Below, piece after piece: positions 27,570 through 38,740 of a stretch of DNA of 64,000 nucleotides (its first letter is position 1; each line of letters begins with the position of its first letter). The notes beneath the pieces were generated by a model, which had not been told where the DNA came from, made no database searches, and saw only the letters and a program-made list of their open reading frames with translations. The translations under genes and the position numbers were made by a program. Location of the stretch: assembly GCA_964252035.1 (NCBI GenBank), contig OZ176201.1. The stretch is one strand, 5' to 3'. The stretch is from Podarcis erhardii. Lineage: Eukaryota.

Positions 27570-27674
27570 CGCGTGTTGTTGGTAGCATGTCTGACAAGCC
27601 CTGCCAGGCCGTTACCATCTCTGGATTCTTCTCCAAGTCAGCAAAGTTTTTCCACACCCTTATAGCACCATCAT
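27570..27674 (-). CDS. RPTOR: RPTOR exon ~28 (105 nt)
   Basis: (D)DGAIRVWKNFADLEKNPEMVTAWQGLSDMLPTTR(G); acceptor ttcaag, donor gtaggt. Confidence 0.98.
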
Positions 27675-28200
27675 CTTGAAGGAATGACAGAAAGAAAACT
27701 ATAAGGCAATTCAGCTCAGAAGGGTAAGCTGGGCTTACTCAGCACCGTAAATTAATCACCATTACTGATTTGGCTCCAGCAGAAAATTCATGCTGCTTCA
27801 GACAGATTCCACTAAACCATGGTTCTCCAAACAGGAAGCAGGCATCCTTATGGAGAGATCAATTGTTATTATGGAAAGCTTGATCTGACATTTTCTAATC
27901 ATATTGTTGAGTCCGTTTGCCTCTTAAGTAAGGGAGTAATATGCCAAGCTCCACTATCCTCTGCCACATTCAGAGTGACAGGCAGCAACCTAGCTTGACA
28001 GCAATATAGATTATGTATTTCCAGACGGCCTTACTGGTAATTAAGTCAGCCATTTTGGAAGGAATTTTGCTTCCTGCGGTCCTAGTATTATCCCAATTTT
28101 GATTTTGAATTGGACGATCACTGGGTGCAAATAGCATCTTACTGTGTACTCTATGCTGTCCATGAATGTAACAGTTCTGCAGCATCCGCACAAAATTGTT

Positions 28201-28346
28201 CTCATCAAAATGCCACCCCACATTTCCCCCCATTTAATCTGGATTTACCTGTTCTGTGGAAATTCTGATAGGTTAAAAAAAGGAGGGGGAAAACAATCAA
28301 TCTGGATTAAATGGGGGGAAATAATATGGGGTTGCATTTTGATGAG
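28201..28346. repeat. ~45-bp inverted repeat (hairpin)
   Basis: ctcatcaaaatgccacccca..tttccccccatttaatc pairs with gattaaatggggggaaa..tggggttgcattttgatgag. Confidence 0.75.
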
Positions 28347-29020
28347 GATGAGACTGTATGTGCCCTGCAGGAGTAACACAGAGTTTCCAATAAACTGCCA
28401 TGTGGAAACACCCACTGAGGGTTATAGTACAAGAAGAGATGGGGACTGGATCTCCCATTGGTGTAACAGTAGCCACTAAAGGAAGGGGAAAGGATCTGAT
28501 CTAGGTTGCGTTGCAGCATTAAGGTCAAATTCTGATAGGTTAAAGTTTTATCCATGCAACACTTTCCTAGGAAATATTCTCCCAAACCATTATTTGCCCT
28601 ATAGGCAAAACATATAGGTACCATACAGAAAGCTCTTTTTGATTTTAAATTAGAGGCACACATTATGAAAAAAAACTGGAGAACATGTAATATAAAGATT
28701 CTGTTGGCTTTCTATTTTATTCTTTTCCTCGAAGTGTTCTTTTAGTGTGTTTTCCGCCTGAAAATGAGCAAGGATCTTATGAATGATTCTAGCCTGGCAT
28801 GGCAATCTTTAAGACCAGTCTGCTTGCAGCACCTTATTTCTCCAAACCTTCATCTTATTTGTTGCTCCCTCTTGTCATTCAGCAAACATTTCCCCCCACT
28901 GTTTATGGGAGCAATGCTTTAGCTGTCTCATAGTCCGTTGGCCCAATTTTCCTTATTAAGTCAAACACTACAGCAATAAAAAAAATCCAGCTGTTTAAGG
29001 AAACAGGGAAAACAGCACTT

Positions 29021-29022
<2 letters not shown>

Positions 29023-29067
<45 letters not shown>
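29023..29067. repeat. (TGC)15 = (CAG)n on the RPTOR sense strand
   Basis: Direct reading; uninterrupted. Confidence 0.97.
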
Positions 29068-29068
<1 letters not shown>

Positions 29069-30611
29069 ACAACAGTATATAGCAGCACATGTTTTATTAG
29101 TTTATATACTTGAGACTAGACAGGAACATTGAAGATGCTCTAATCTAAAAATAGTACAGTGCTGACTCCCCACCATCCCCTTATCTATCTGTAGAGGGAC
29201 TACTGAAATGGAGGTATTATAGCAAAACATTTCAGCTTCCACTTTCTTCACCAGCTCTCATATAAATCAAGGGTGCTATAGTCAAGGTGGTAAGACGACT
29301 ACAGCACCCTTTGACTGACACGAGAGTCAAAGGGAGCCACAGAAGGCAGAAGCCAAAACATTTTGCCTTAATATATCTGTTTCAGTAGTCACTGTAATAA
29401 ATAAATGGGATTAACTGTATCCTTCCAAGCAAATTTGTCTGAAGTGCTGTTTGATGCTTTTTTGTGTTTTTTTTTTTAAGTCTCTGTCTCTCTAAATTGG
29501 TGATAGCAGCAGTATTCAAACATGGTTAATGAAAATAGACTCAGTAGTTTAGCTTCTTCCTGCTTGTTATGGACAAAGCTTTATTCATTAACTGTATCAT
29601 AAACTTAGATAGGTCTGGAATAAATACAGATTATTATCTTTAAAGATTTTGTGATTACCTTTGCTATAGACTCAAAGCAAGAAGGCTAAAACTGAAAACA
29701 ATTATAGTATGTACAATAATTTCCAAATGAATTTCACATACCAAACCCTCAAATGTATTGTTTATTGGGGGGGGGGGGGAGAAGAGAGAATCAGGCCACA
29801 CTTTGCTGAGGTGGATGTTTCCCTGAATGGATGCACAGTTTTTCATTTGCCTATGTGGTACACGTATGATTCCCACTGCAGTTCATGGGAGACTGGAGTC
29901 TTGCTTGTGCACTCAACATTAGTGTTGTTCACTAGGACAACAATGATATGCTTAGGAAAAATATGATGGGCAATAGGCTGCACAAAATAATGCTGCTTTT
30001 GGAAGGGATTGTCACAAAGCACAATATTCCTGAAGACACACCCTGCAAGAATAATGGTCTCTGGAGAAGCTTATTTTATCTGTTAACCCGGCCTGAAGTC
30101 CTATGGAGCAGAGGATTACTCTGGAGTTGTGACGGCCAAAGAAAGTGCACAGGGGTTAAAACTGATGGTTAGGATTCCTGACGTCAGGATGAGAAAAACT
30201 GGTATGAGGGAACAGGCTAGTGCTAGACTGTCCTGATTCCCAAAGCATTTTCTGAACTTGGGATGAAATGAAGGTGAGGGCAACAGACATGGTGAGAGAC
30301 AGCTCACAGGAAGATTCTCCAACAGAGAAGCTCCAGTGTGCTTGAAGAGTTTTGTGAGTCACTCAATAAGTTTGTTGGCAGGATGCACTGAAGACAGGGC
30401 AAAATAAAAGGCTACGGAAGTTTTCACTCTTGGTTCAAAAAAATACAACCTTTATTAAAAGGTGGGTCCCTTTACTAAAACAGATGAATAAAATAAGGAA
30501 GCATGCATAACAATACACCTCTGTGTGACTGAAATGCAAGATGAAGTCCACAGACAGGGCAGAAAACACTTTCTTAGCCCTCCTTTTTAAAAGATATGAG
30601 GCCATACCCAC

Positions 30612-30736
30612 CTGTAGCAGTCAGGAGCAGAGAACAGTCTTGTCCATTCAGATATTCCATGGCAGTGATCCTTGTGTAGCGTGGGTTCCCATTGTGAAAA
30701 TAGTCCAGCTTTTCTCCCTTTTCCCAATCCCAAAAA
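30612..30736 (-). CDS. RPTOR: RPTOR exon ~27 (125 nt)
   Basis: FWDWEKGEKLDYFHNGNPRYTRITAMEYLNGQDCSLLLTAT(D); acceptor tcccag, donor gtgggt. Confidence 0.98.
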
Positions 30737-31079
30737 CTGGGAAAGGCGGGGGGGGGGAACAAATAGGTAAGTTGGATTCAGGTTCCAAGTGGATTTAAGT
30801 TCCCAGGATAAAAATAAAATAAAATGTTATTCTATACACTGGCTCCAAATCAAATGTATTCCTCCAGCCCACCCACCCCACTTTGAGTATTTAACAACGT
30901 TTGATTAATGTCTCTTCATTACACCTCCGGCTTCTGCAGAGAAAGTAATAAGGCTGAAATTCTATTAGGAGGGTCTGTAACAAATCCAGGCACAACAAGA
31001 CGACTGCATGTATGAGGCTTTTGCTTAGCAGCAAGAACAGGGCACCAGCTCAAGGGTGTTTAAAATGCCAGTGCCTTAC

Positions 31080-31194
31080 CAGATGCTGTCCTTGTCAGCC
31101 ACCGCTATACATGGGGTGAATGGGTGAAACTTGACCACTGACGGCATGCCAGGGTTCCTGTTCAGGAAGATTTGATCATCTAGTCGTGAAATAC
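31080..31194 (-). CDS. RPTOR: RPTOR exon ~26 (115 nt), start of WD40 domain
   Basis: (G)ISRLDDQIFLNRNPGMPSVVKFHPFTPCIAVADKDSI(C); acceptor ccctag, donor gtaagg. Confidence 0.98.
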
Positions 31195-31319
31195 CTAGGG
31201 GGAAAAGGAAGAGAAAAACAACATGAATAATTGTATCAGGACCTTTCACAATGCCAGCCACCCTGAGCCCTAAGACTGGCAGGGGAGGTCCTATCAGTGG
31301 GACTGCCAATATATGCTGC

Positions 31320-31650
31320 CTGATTGGCATTAACTCACGAGAAGGCCTTCTCCTGCTAGTGGTTTTCTCTTTGTGGAATGCCCTCCCTCCCTCATTAGTA
31401 ACTTTTCAGCAGGGACTTAAAAACACTCCTGTTTACCCAAGTACCTGATTGCTGAAAGACTGTTCATGGAAGCTTTGAAATTATTAAGCTGTGAGGATAT
31501 GTGATTGTTTTATGTTTTAAAATATTTTAAATTGCTTATAAATATGTTTTATTTTTATTGTATTGTTCTAGCACTTTGGTGTGTTTTTTGTTTGCTCTGG
31601 GTTCCTTTGGGAGGAAGAGCGGGGTAGAAATGTAATAAATATTCATAATC
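31320..31650 (+). mobile_element. L2 3'-end remnant
   Basis: gaaggccttctc..ttgtggaatgccctccc..cttaaaaacactcctgttt resembles 23250-23365; ends gagcggggtagaaatgtaataaata. Confidence 0.6.
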
Positions 31651-33378
31651 ATAAAAAATAAATTCTGATACGCAAGACTACATTGAATGTACATAATTTA
31701 GTATTCTACAAAGGAGGTTCTTGAAATATGCTATGCCTGGTCTCCTCAAATTAAAGGAGGGAACCCACCCTGTTTCTGTCCAGGCTATCTTTATTTGTCC
31801 TCGGTCCACACAGAAAATGAAAACATCACTCAGCAAGTGCCCAACTGTTGTACTTGATTCCCTCCTGCATTACATGTCTGTCTATTTTCTGTGTGAGAGC
31901 ACAGGGGAAGACTGCCAAGTTGTCTTCACTGTTTGATAGCCTCTCCTGACATTGCCTTGCATTCCTGACAAATTGGAGATCTCGCAAATCTTTTCAGATT
32001 TTGATAGCAGCGCTCTAAGGAGGTTAAGACGAGAACAGATTGGATTAAGCAGGCAAAATGTTTGTGCCTTGTTAAATACTTATTGCACTATGCCAATAAT
32101 GCTCAACTACGATAAGAGCCGAAGTTTCATACTTAAATAGGGCTGAAAGCCCCCAAATATTAATGGCAAGTTCACACAAGAACATCATTTTCTGGAGTTC
32201 CGTGTAAAGCAAATCTGAATATATTCTTGTGACAAAATGTTTTTTGCAGGTAAGTGGAGGCAGATTTCCAAAATGGACAGCACCAAAAAAATCCTCCAGT
32301 GTTTCCACCACTGCTAAGAGTATGCAAAATAAAATTCTGAAACTGGCATCCTTAACTGTTTGCAGAGTTGTATGCATTGTTCCTTTAAAATAAAAATGTA
32401 AGGCTCTCTTCTCTGCTGACTGAAGCTTACTAGGTCTCAAAGGACTGAGCTATATGTGAGAAACAGACCATCTCTCTCGACAGATTAATATTTCACACTA
32501 ATCTTTCCCTAGCTGACATCTGTAGACGGAAAGTCCCCCCAAATTTTCTCATCCCTGGTGAGAGCAATCTTGAGTCATGCTGAAAATGGCAGTATAGGTG
32601 AACAGCACAAATTTGCTCTTATTCACTGGCCAACCAAGCTGCAGAAAGAGTAGAAATGTCAATTCTAACCACAGCTATGCAAAATTAAGGGGCCACTTCA
32701 GCAAGATACAGGGAATTCAAATATCCTCTGTCATTAAACAATAAAGCCCACAGCCTGACTGCTGCCTTGTAAATGAATAAAGAGTTATAAATAAGCAAGA
32801 TGCGCTTTCAGTACAGCACTGAGTATATATGCTGATGAAACGTGAGTCCAATGTATATGAAGGGAAAGAAGCTGTAAGTGTAAAAGAGGCCACACATAAA
32901 AAAGCATTGCAGAAACATGACAGGATATGAATAAACAATAATTTATGGGACCCCATAAAACCAAAGGATACTGAAACCCTTTAGGTGCCTTGTGAATGTG
33001 AAGGGGATACAGCAGGCTCTTGCAGATCACAAGCTAATTTGCTGAAAACCCCAGCAGTATTAGACACCTATCAAACTCTGACTCTGCTCTTTGGAGAAGG
33101 TGAAAATGCTGGCATTTCGCCTGCAACACCATCTCTTGTAAACAAGCTGCCGCATCCATCTAAACTTTACCGGATGGAAGAAAAGCCTGGCTCTGTTCAG
33201 CAGCATATGTTCAACGTCTTTGAGCAATTCGTTTTATCTCGAATATTTTGCTTTTGGTGGGGCATGCCATTTCTGATCAGCAAGACTGTCCAGAAGCTCT
33301 GCTACTAGCATTCAGTGTTAGCAAGCTTCCTCGGTAGGCACATGTATCACATACACCCCGCCCCCCCGGAATCGCCCC

Positions 33379-33656
33379 GTAAAGGTAAAGGGACCCCTGA
33401 CCATTAGGTCCAGTCGAGGCCGACTCTGGGGTTGCAGCGCTCATCTCGCTTTATTGGCTGAGGGAGCCGGCGTACAGCTTCCGGGTCATGTGGCCAGCAG
33501 GACTAAGCCGCTTCTGGTGAACCAGAGCCGTTTACCTTCCTGCCGGAGTGGTACCTATTTATCTACTTGCACTTTGATGTGCTTTTGAACTGCTAGGTTG
33601 GCAGGAGCAGGGACCGAGCAACAGGAGCTCACCCCGTTGCGGGGATTCAAACCGCC
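33379..33656 (-). mobile_element. Sauria SINE, 5'-truncated just before the B box
   Basis: Same sequence family; lacks the A-box head; small internal deletion at accagag/ccgttt; no clear TSD. Confidence 0.92.
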
Positions 33657-33984
33657 TATAGACAGCGGCAATAGAATTACATGGGCAGATTTAGCTAGTT
33701 ACTTACGTTTAAGCACAGATCTTAATATGGGATAATGATTACTGAGCACACACACACAATCAAAATATGCACATGCTTTGAATGTCAGTGGGGAATAGCT
33801 CAGCTACAACATGCACATTTCCTGGGTTAGGGAGAATTAGCTAATTAATTCTAACCACTACTATACTAACGTACCCACGCAACATACGTGTGAAAAGGAG
33901 CATGTACACAGGACGCAAGAGGAGATAGGGGTTGGAGGGCAAGTGTCATGCTGCTGAGAGAGACACATTAGTCTTTTCCCTCTG

Positions 33985-34012
33985 TGTCTGTCTGTCTGTC
34001 TGTCTGTCTGTC
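33985..34012. repeat. (CTGT)n microsatellite
   Basis: Direct reading. Confidence 0.9.
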
Positions 34013-34226
34013 ACTCTCTCTCGGCTCACATTAAAAACCAGACCTCAGTGATGCAAAGTGGAATGAATGTAGTGAAAAGCTGACTTAGGCAAGGACTAAA
34101 ATACCTGTTTAAAACACAGGCACACAAGGATAGGAAGAAGGGGCTACAATTTGTAGGGAAAGAACTTGCCACTCCAGGAAAACAGTATAACTGGAGCACA
34201 CTGAAACTCCTGGGTTAGTCAGGAAA

Positions 34227-34289
34227 CAGTCAGGAGCAGAGAACAGCCTTGTTCATTCAGATATTCCATGGCAGTGATCCTTGTGTAGC
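34227..34289 (-). pseudogene. 63-bp duplicated fragment of RPTOR exon ~27 inside intron ~25
   Basis: Matches 30618-30680 at 61/63 nt in the same orientation. Both differences are non-synonymous (GGA>GAA, GAC>GGC). Confidence 0.93.
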
Positions 34290-34628
34290 TCCTAAATTCC
34301 TGGGTTAGGAAACAGTGGGACAACCACAAATCATATTGGCAATATGTGTCTCCCAGACTCTTGTAACTAGCAGCCTGCTGACTCCACATGCATGTGCTTT
34401 ACCCAAGGAGAAAAAGGCTGTCCAACTCTCAAAAGCAAACAACCTCATTACAACAAAACAAGTTGAAGTTGTGAGCAGAAGCTCACGCTAAAGAGATCAA
34501 CACTGGCCAAACAAATGGTTTATGAACAGTGTTCTTGTTCATGGCCTCATGTAAAGCGTGGATAAGCATTCTCCTTGGTGCTGGGAGATGTATAAAGTGG
34601 GGTGGGTAAGGGAGAAAAAATTGACCAC

Positions 34629-34734
34629 CTTTTTGGATGATTTTCTGTGCTTGCTTTCGGACTCTGGCATTGCGCAGAAACCGCCACTCCCTTTCTTTGC
34701 GGACTTGGCTCTCCAAATCATGTTCTTCTGGAAT
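34629..34734 (-). CDS. RPTOR: RPTOR exon ~25 (106 nt)
   Basis: IPEEHDLESQVRKEREWRFLRNARVRKQAQKIIQK(G); acceptor tggcag, donor gtggtc. Confidence 0.98.
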
Positions 34735-37594
34735 CTGCCAATAAATAATAATTTAAAAAATGAATAGAACAGGATAATGGTAAAGAAAGGCTTCTTGCGA
34801 TTCCAAATGCCTGCTAATTTCAACCAGAACAGGGACCCTTCAGCCCATGCAATCTGACCAAAACCAGCAAGGGGCAGATGAGGTTTTTCTGTTCTTATAC
34901 ACTTCATTACCTTCTGAACTGCACATCATCCACCACTGGGCCCCAGGGCTGTCAAGTGATCAAAGCCTCAGTTGTTTCTTTTAACCAATTAAAATAAATA
35001 TGATAAAATGTCTACACAGGCAATATTTTCAAGAAATCTAATGCAGATAATTTTTCATTGACAAACGACAGGGAATTCAACTGGAATGCACTGCTTGAAT
35101 GCAGATGTATACATAGATCAATTGCAAAAATGATATTGGCACTGAAATCCTCTCACTTGGGACATTTATTTTAAAATGCACATTTTAAGCCTATGGCTGA
35201 TAAACCGTATCCGTTATTTGACAAATATTCCAAAACCTATTCTTTACTCACTCTTTTGAAAAGGTCTATTTGTTTTTGTCTTGTCTCATTCAGGCTACAA
35301 GTTCTCACAGAAAGCAAATGAATATCCCATTTTCTTAAACAGCAACGTAAATTTATGAAGCTCATATAAATGGCTTGTCACAGCAGATATATTTGAATAT
35401 TGTGGCTGCTGTTATGAACCCGAAAGCTCATCCCTAGCACAGGACCATTTTTACACTTGTCTCCAAGGCTTTCTTCTGTTTAGATGGAAGGAGTGCAACT
35501 TCTGCATAATTCCTTATGAATAAAAGGCTCCATAAAGTATGTGGCAGGGAAGTGTAAACACAGAAGGTATAATTCAAAATTGGAGACAACATGTGGAGAT
35601 CCTGTACTTCTTCCTGTCGAGGGCCTGAGCAGCTAGGGGATCGTAAAGATTCTGCCCCGTTATTTAAGGAAGCAAGCACACTCAATTGCAAGAAGTTGAT
35701 GCTGCTCATATTTTGGGAATGGCTGCTGAAAACAATTAGGCAGAAGTGTAACGGCATGAAAACATACATATTAAATGTCAAACATGAGTTGGCTTTCTGT
35801 GCAGAGAAAGGTGTACTTTGGATTTTCAGAGCCAGGCCAGCAGTTTTCAAACCAAGCACTCACTCAGCTCAGGTGTTTTGCTTTCATGAGGACATCCTTT
35901 GAAATTATTATTCATGCCATGATGAAGGTTCTGCTGATATAAAACAGTGCTGCTAATCAGTTGGTACTGTAGCCTGAGAGACCAGGCATTGGTTACCACT
36001 GAGAAAACAGGCGTGGTAGCCGTTAAATTTGTTCTAGACCAATAGGAAGAACATTTCTTTTAGATTGGTTATCAGAACCTCCCAGTTCACAACAGAAAGA
36101 AAGAGATATCAATAAAGACTGAAAGGGCACATTTAGTCCCTATCAGTCCAGAAAAAAAGTATGCCAAATCATATTGCCATGCAAAAAAATTCCACAGCAG
36201 CCCATCCTCTGGAAACAAATCACAACAAGATTACAAAGATTACAAAGCTAGACAGCATTTATTTTATTACTTAAAAAATAATAATTCTCCCTCACTCTCC
36301 CCAGTAGTGTTTGGATTGTTTGGCAACAATCCAAGGTTTGTTAAATGGAACATGAGAAATGAACAGCAATGTACAGTAATAAGCAAACCCACGATAAAAT
36401 ACATTTAAGTATATTCAAGTGGAGAGATATACTTTGATAAAAATGTCATTTCAAAGGAATAAATTGGAAGAAAATCTTAAAGGACTTTGTATCAAGAAAA
36501 GACAAGGGGCGTGTACAGAATCTAAACATTACCAGTTGGCATCTAGCATGGCTTTTGTAAGTATGGATTAGGAAGTGCTTCTTCCCTGTGTAACAGCTCC
36601 CATAGAGTTAGTCTGTCTATATCAGAAGCTGGCTGCACCAAAGTGCCTTCAGCACATTTGTTGCATTGGCCTATGATGCCAAATATGTTCATAGTGCTGG
36701 CCTTTGCTTCACCTTATCTGCTCTACCATGCCAAATTATGGAAAGGAAGAGCTACATGGTTTTCTCTATATGGTTATTATATGAGGAAGTATCACATACA
36801 TAAACAGACAATAGGTTGCATCCAATCTTCATTTTATGCCGGAAACCAGATGAGGACCAGGGCATTAGCTTCCTGATCACAAGCTTCCATACTGTGCAAT
36901 GTACTAGAGCAAGCTGATATACTTTGTCACTTTGCAATGAAACATCTCCTCTCTTAACTCCCCCTCCCTGTGTATCCCCTACTTCTATTCTGGTGGTTCC
37001 TCAACTTTCTAGGGCAGATTTGGGAGAGGCACAGGAGGGTATGTAGAGAGAGGAGAGGGAGGAGACGTTCTGCTGCACTAGCAGAACAGGACAGCTTCAT
37101 TGGGTACAACTCAGTATTTTTGGCCTCATACTCTGGTGAGCTGTAGGGGAATGCACTGATAAACAGGACTGACGCACAACATTTTGGCACCTGAAGCTAA
37201 CCACAAAATGGTGCCCCTATCCCCACCAGGGGAGAAGGGTGAGTGACGATCTACATCAGGAACAAGGATGGAAGGAAGATCTACATGAATATCTGCTGCC
37301 CCTATGGCTCCTGCCACCTGAGATGGTCACTTCACCCTGCTTCATGGGTAGGCTGGTCCTGATAATGAATGTTATTGCTAAAACCAAGGCAGTACTTGGT
37401 TCTAGCAACTCAGGAGGGGAATGGAATAAACCATCTACACACACAAATGGGAGCAACCTGAAATCAGTACATGTGTAAATGTCTGAATTAGTGGCCAATT
37501 ATCAGCAAGGGATTAAGAGTGTGATCCGAAATAAGTGATTTAGCAATAACATTAATTCCTTTCCCAGAAATAAGGACTCGCTAGAGTATTTGCA

Positions 37595-38740
37595 TTTTTT
37601 CAGCTTAGGTGACTGGGTTACAAAGGTGGGGCAGGATGGAGTCTTATAAAATTATGCATAGTGTAGAGGAAGTGGAATGAATGATACTCCCTCTCTCATA
37701 ACACTTCAAATTAGAGGTCATCCGATGAAATTGACAGGCACAAGATTAAAGATAAACAAAAGAAAGCACCTTCACACCATGCAATTCATAATGGCTTAGA
37801 TGGCTTTATATGCCTGTTATCTTTGTCCATGGAGTTTTCTTGGCAGGGATACTGGAGTGGCTTGCTGGTTCCTGCTCCAAGTGGATCACGTTTGGTCAAA
37901 ACTCTCCACTATGACCTGTCTATCTTGGGTGGCCCTACATGGCATAGCTCATAGCTTCTCATAGCCCCTTCGCCATGGCTTAGTATACATACTAGTATAC
38001 ATACTTCCATACATACTTAGTATACATACTTCCATACATACTAGTAGTGATGTATGGAAGTGAAAGCTGGACCATAAATAGGCTGATTGCCGAAGAATTG
38101 ATGCTTTTGAATTATGGTGCTGGAGGAGACTCTTGAGAGTCCCATGGACTGCAAGAAGATCAAACCTATCCATTCTGAAGGAAATCAGCTCTGAGTGCTC
38201 ACTGGAAGGACAGATCCTGAAGCTGAGGCTCCAATACTTTGGCCACCTCATGAGAAGAGAAGACTCCCTGGAAAAGACCCTGATGTTGGGAAAGATTGAG
38301 GGCACAAGGAGAAGGGGACGACAGAGGACGAGATGGTTGGACAGTGTTCTCAAAGCTACCAGCATGAGTTTGACCAAACTGTGGGAGGCAGTGGAAGACA
38401 GGAGTGCCTAGTGTGCTCTGGTCCATGGGGTCACAAAGAGTCGGACACGACTAAATGACTAAACAACAACAACAGATGGCTTTAAAAAGACAGGACAAAT
38501 TTATTGAGTGTTAGGACTATTAACAGCCATTAGTAATGAAATCTACTGCGATCCCTACCTTCCGAGGCAGTAAAGGAATTGTAAACCAGTTTTTGCTGTT
38601 GGGGGGCAATCAGTGGAGGATGGCTGTTGCGCACATGGCATACTTGTGGGCTTCCCAGATGGAGGATGATAGACTAGATGAACCACTGGCTCAATCCAGC
38701 AGGCCTATTCTCACACTATGTTTGTTCTCTCCTTGCAGTC
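37595..38740 (+). mobile_element. Old CR1 3' fragment interrupted by the BovB insertion
   Basis: CR1-like text (tataaaattatgcat..ctctctcataacac..aaagaaagcaccttcacac) resumes after BovB (gatggctttaaaa..gactagatgaaccactggctcaatccagcagg). Confidence 0.65.
37809..38473 (+). mobile_element. RTE/BovB LINE insertion: inverted 5'-region piece + filler + 3' end
   Basis: 38041-38473 is the BovB 3' end (WTARRSNLSILKEI..LKLRLQYFGHLMRREDSLEKTLMLGKIEG, (CAA)n tail). 37809-37980 is a reverse-complement BovB-like 5' region. An 11-bp TSD agatggcttta lies at 37798-37808 and 38474-38484. Confidence 0.88.
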
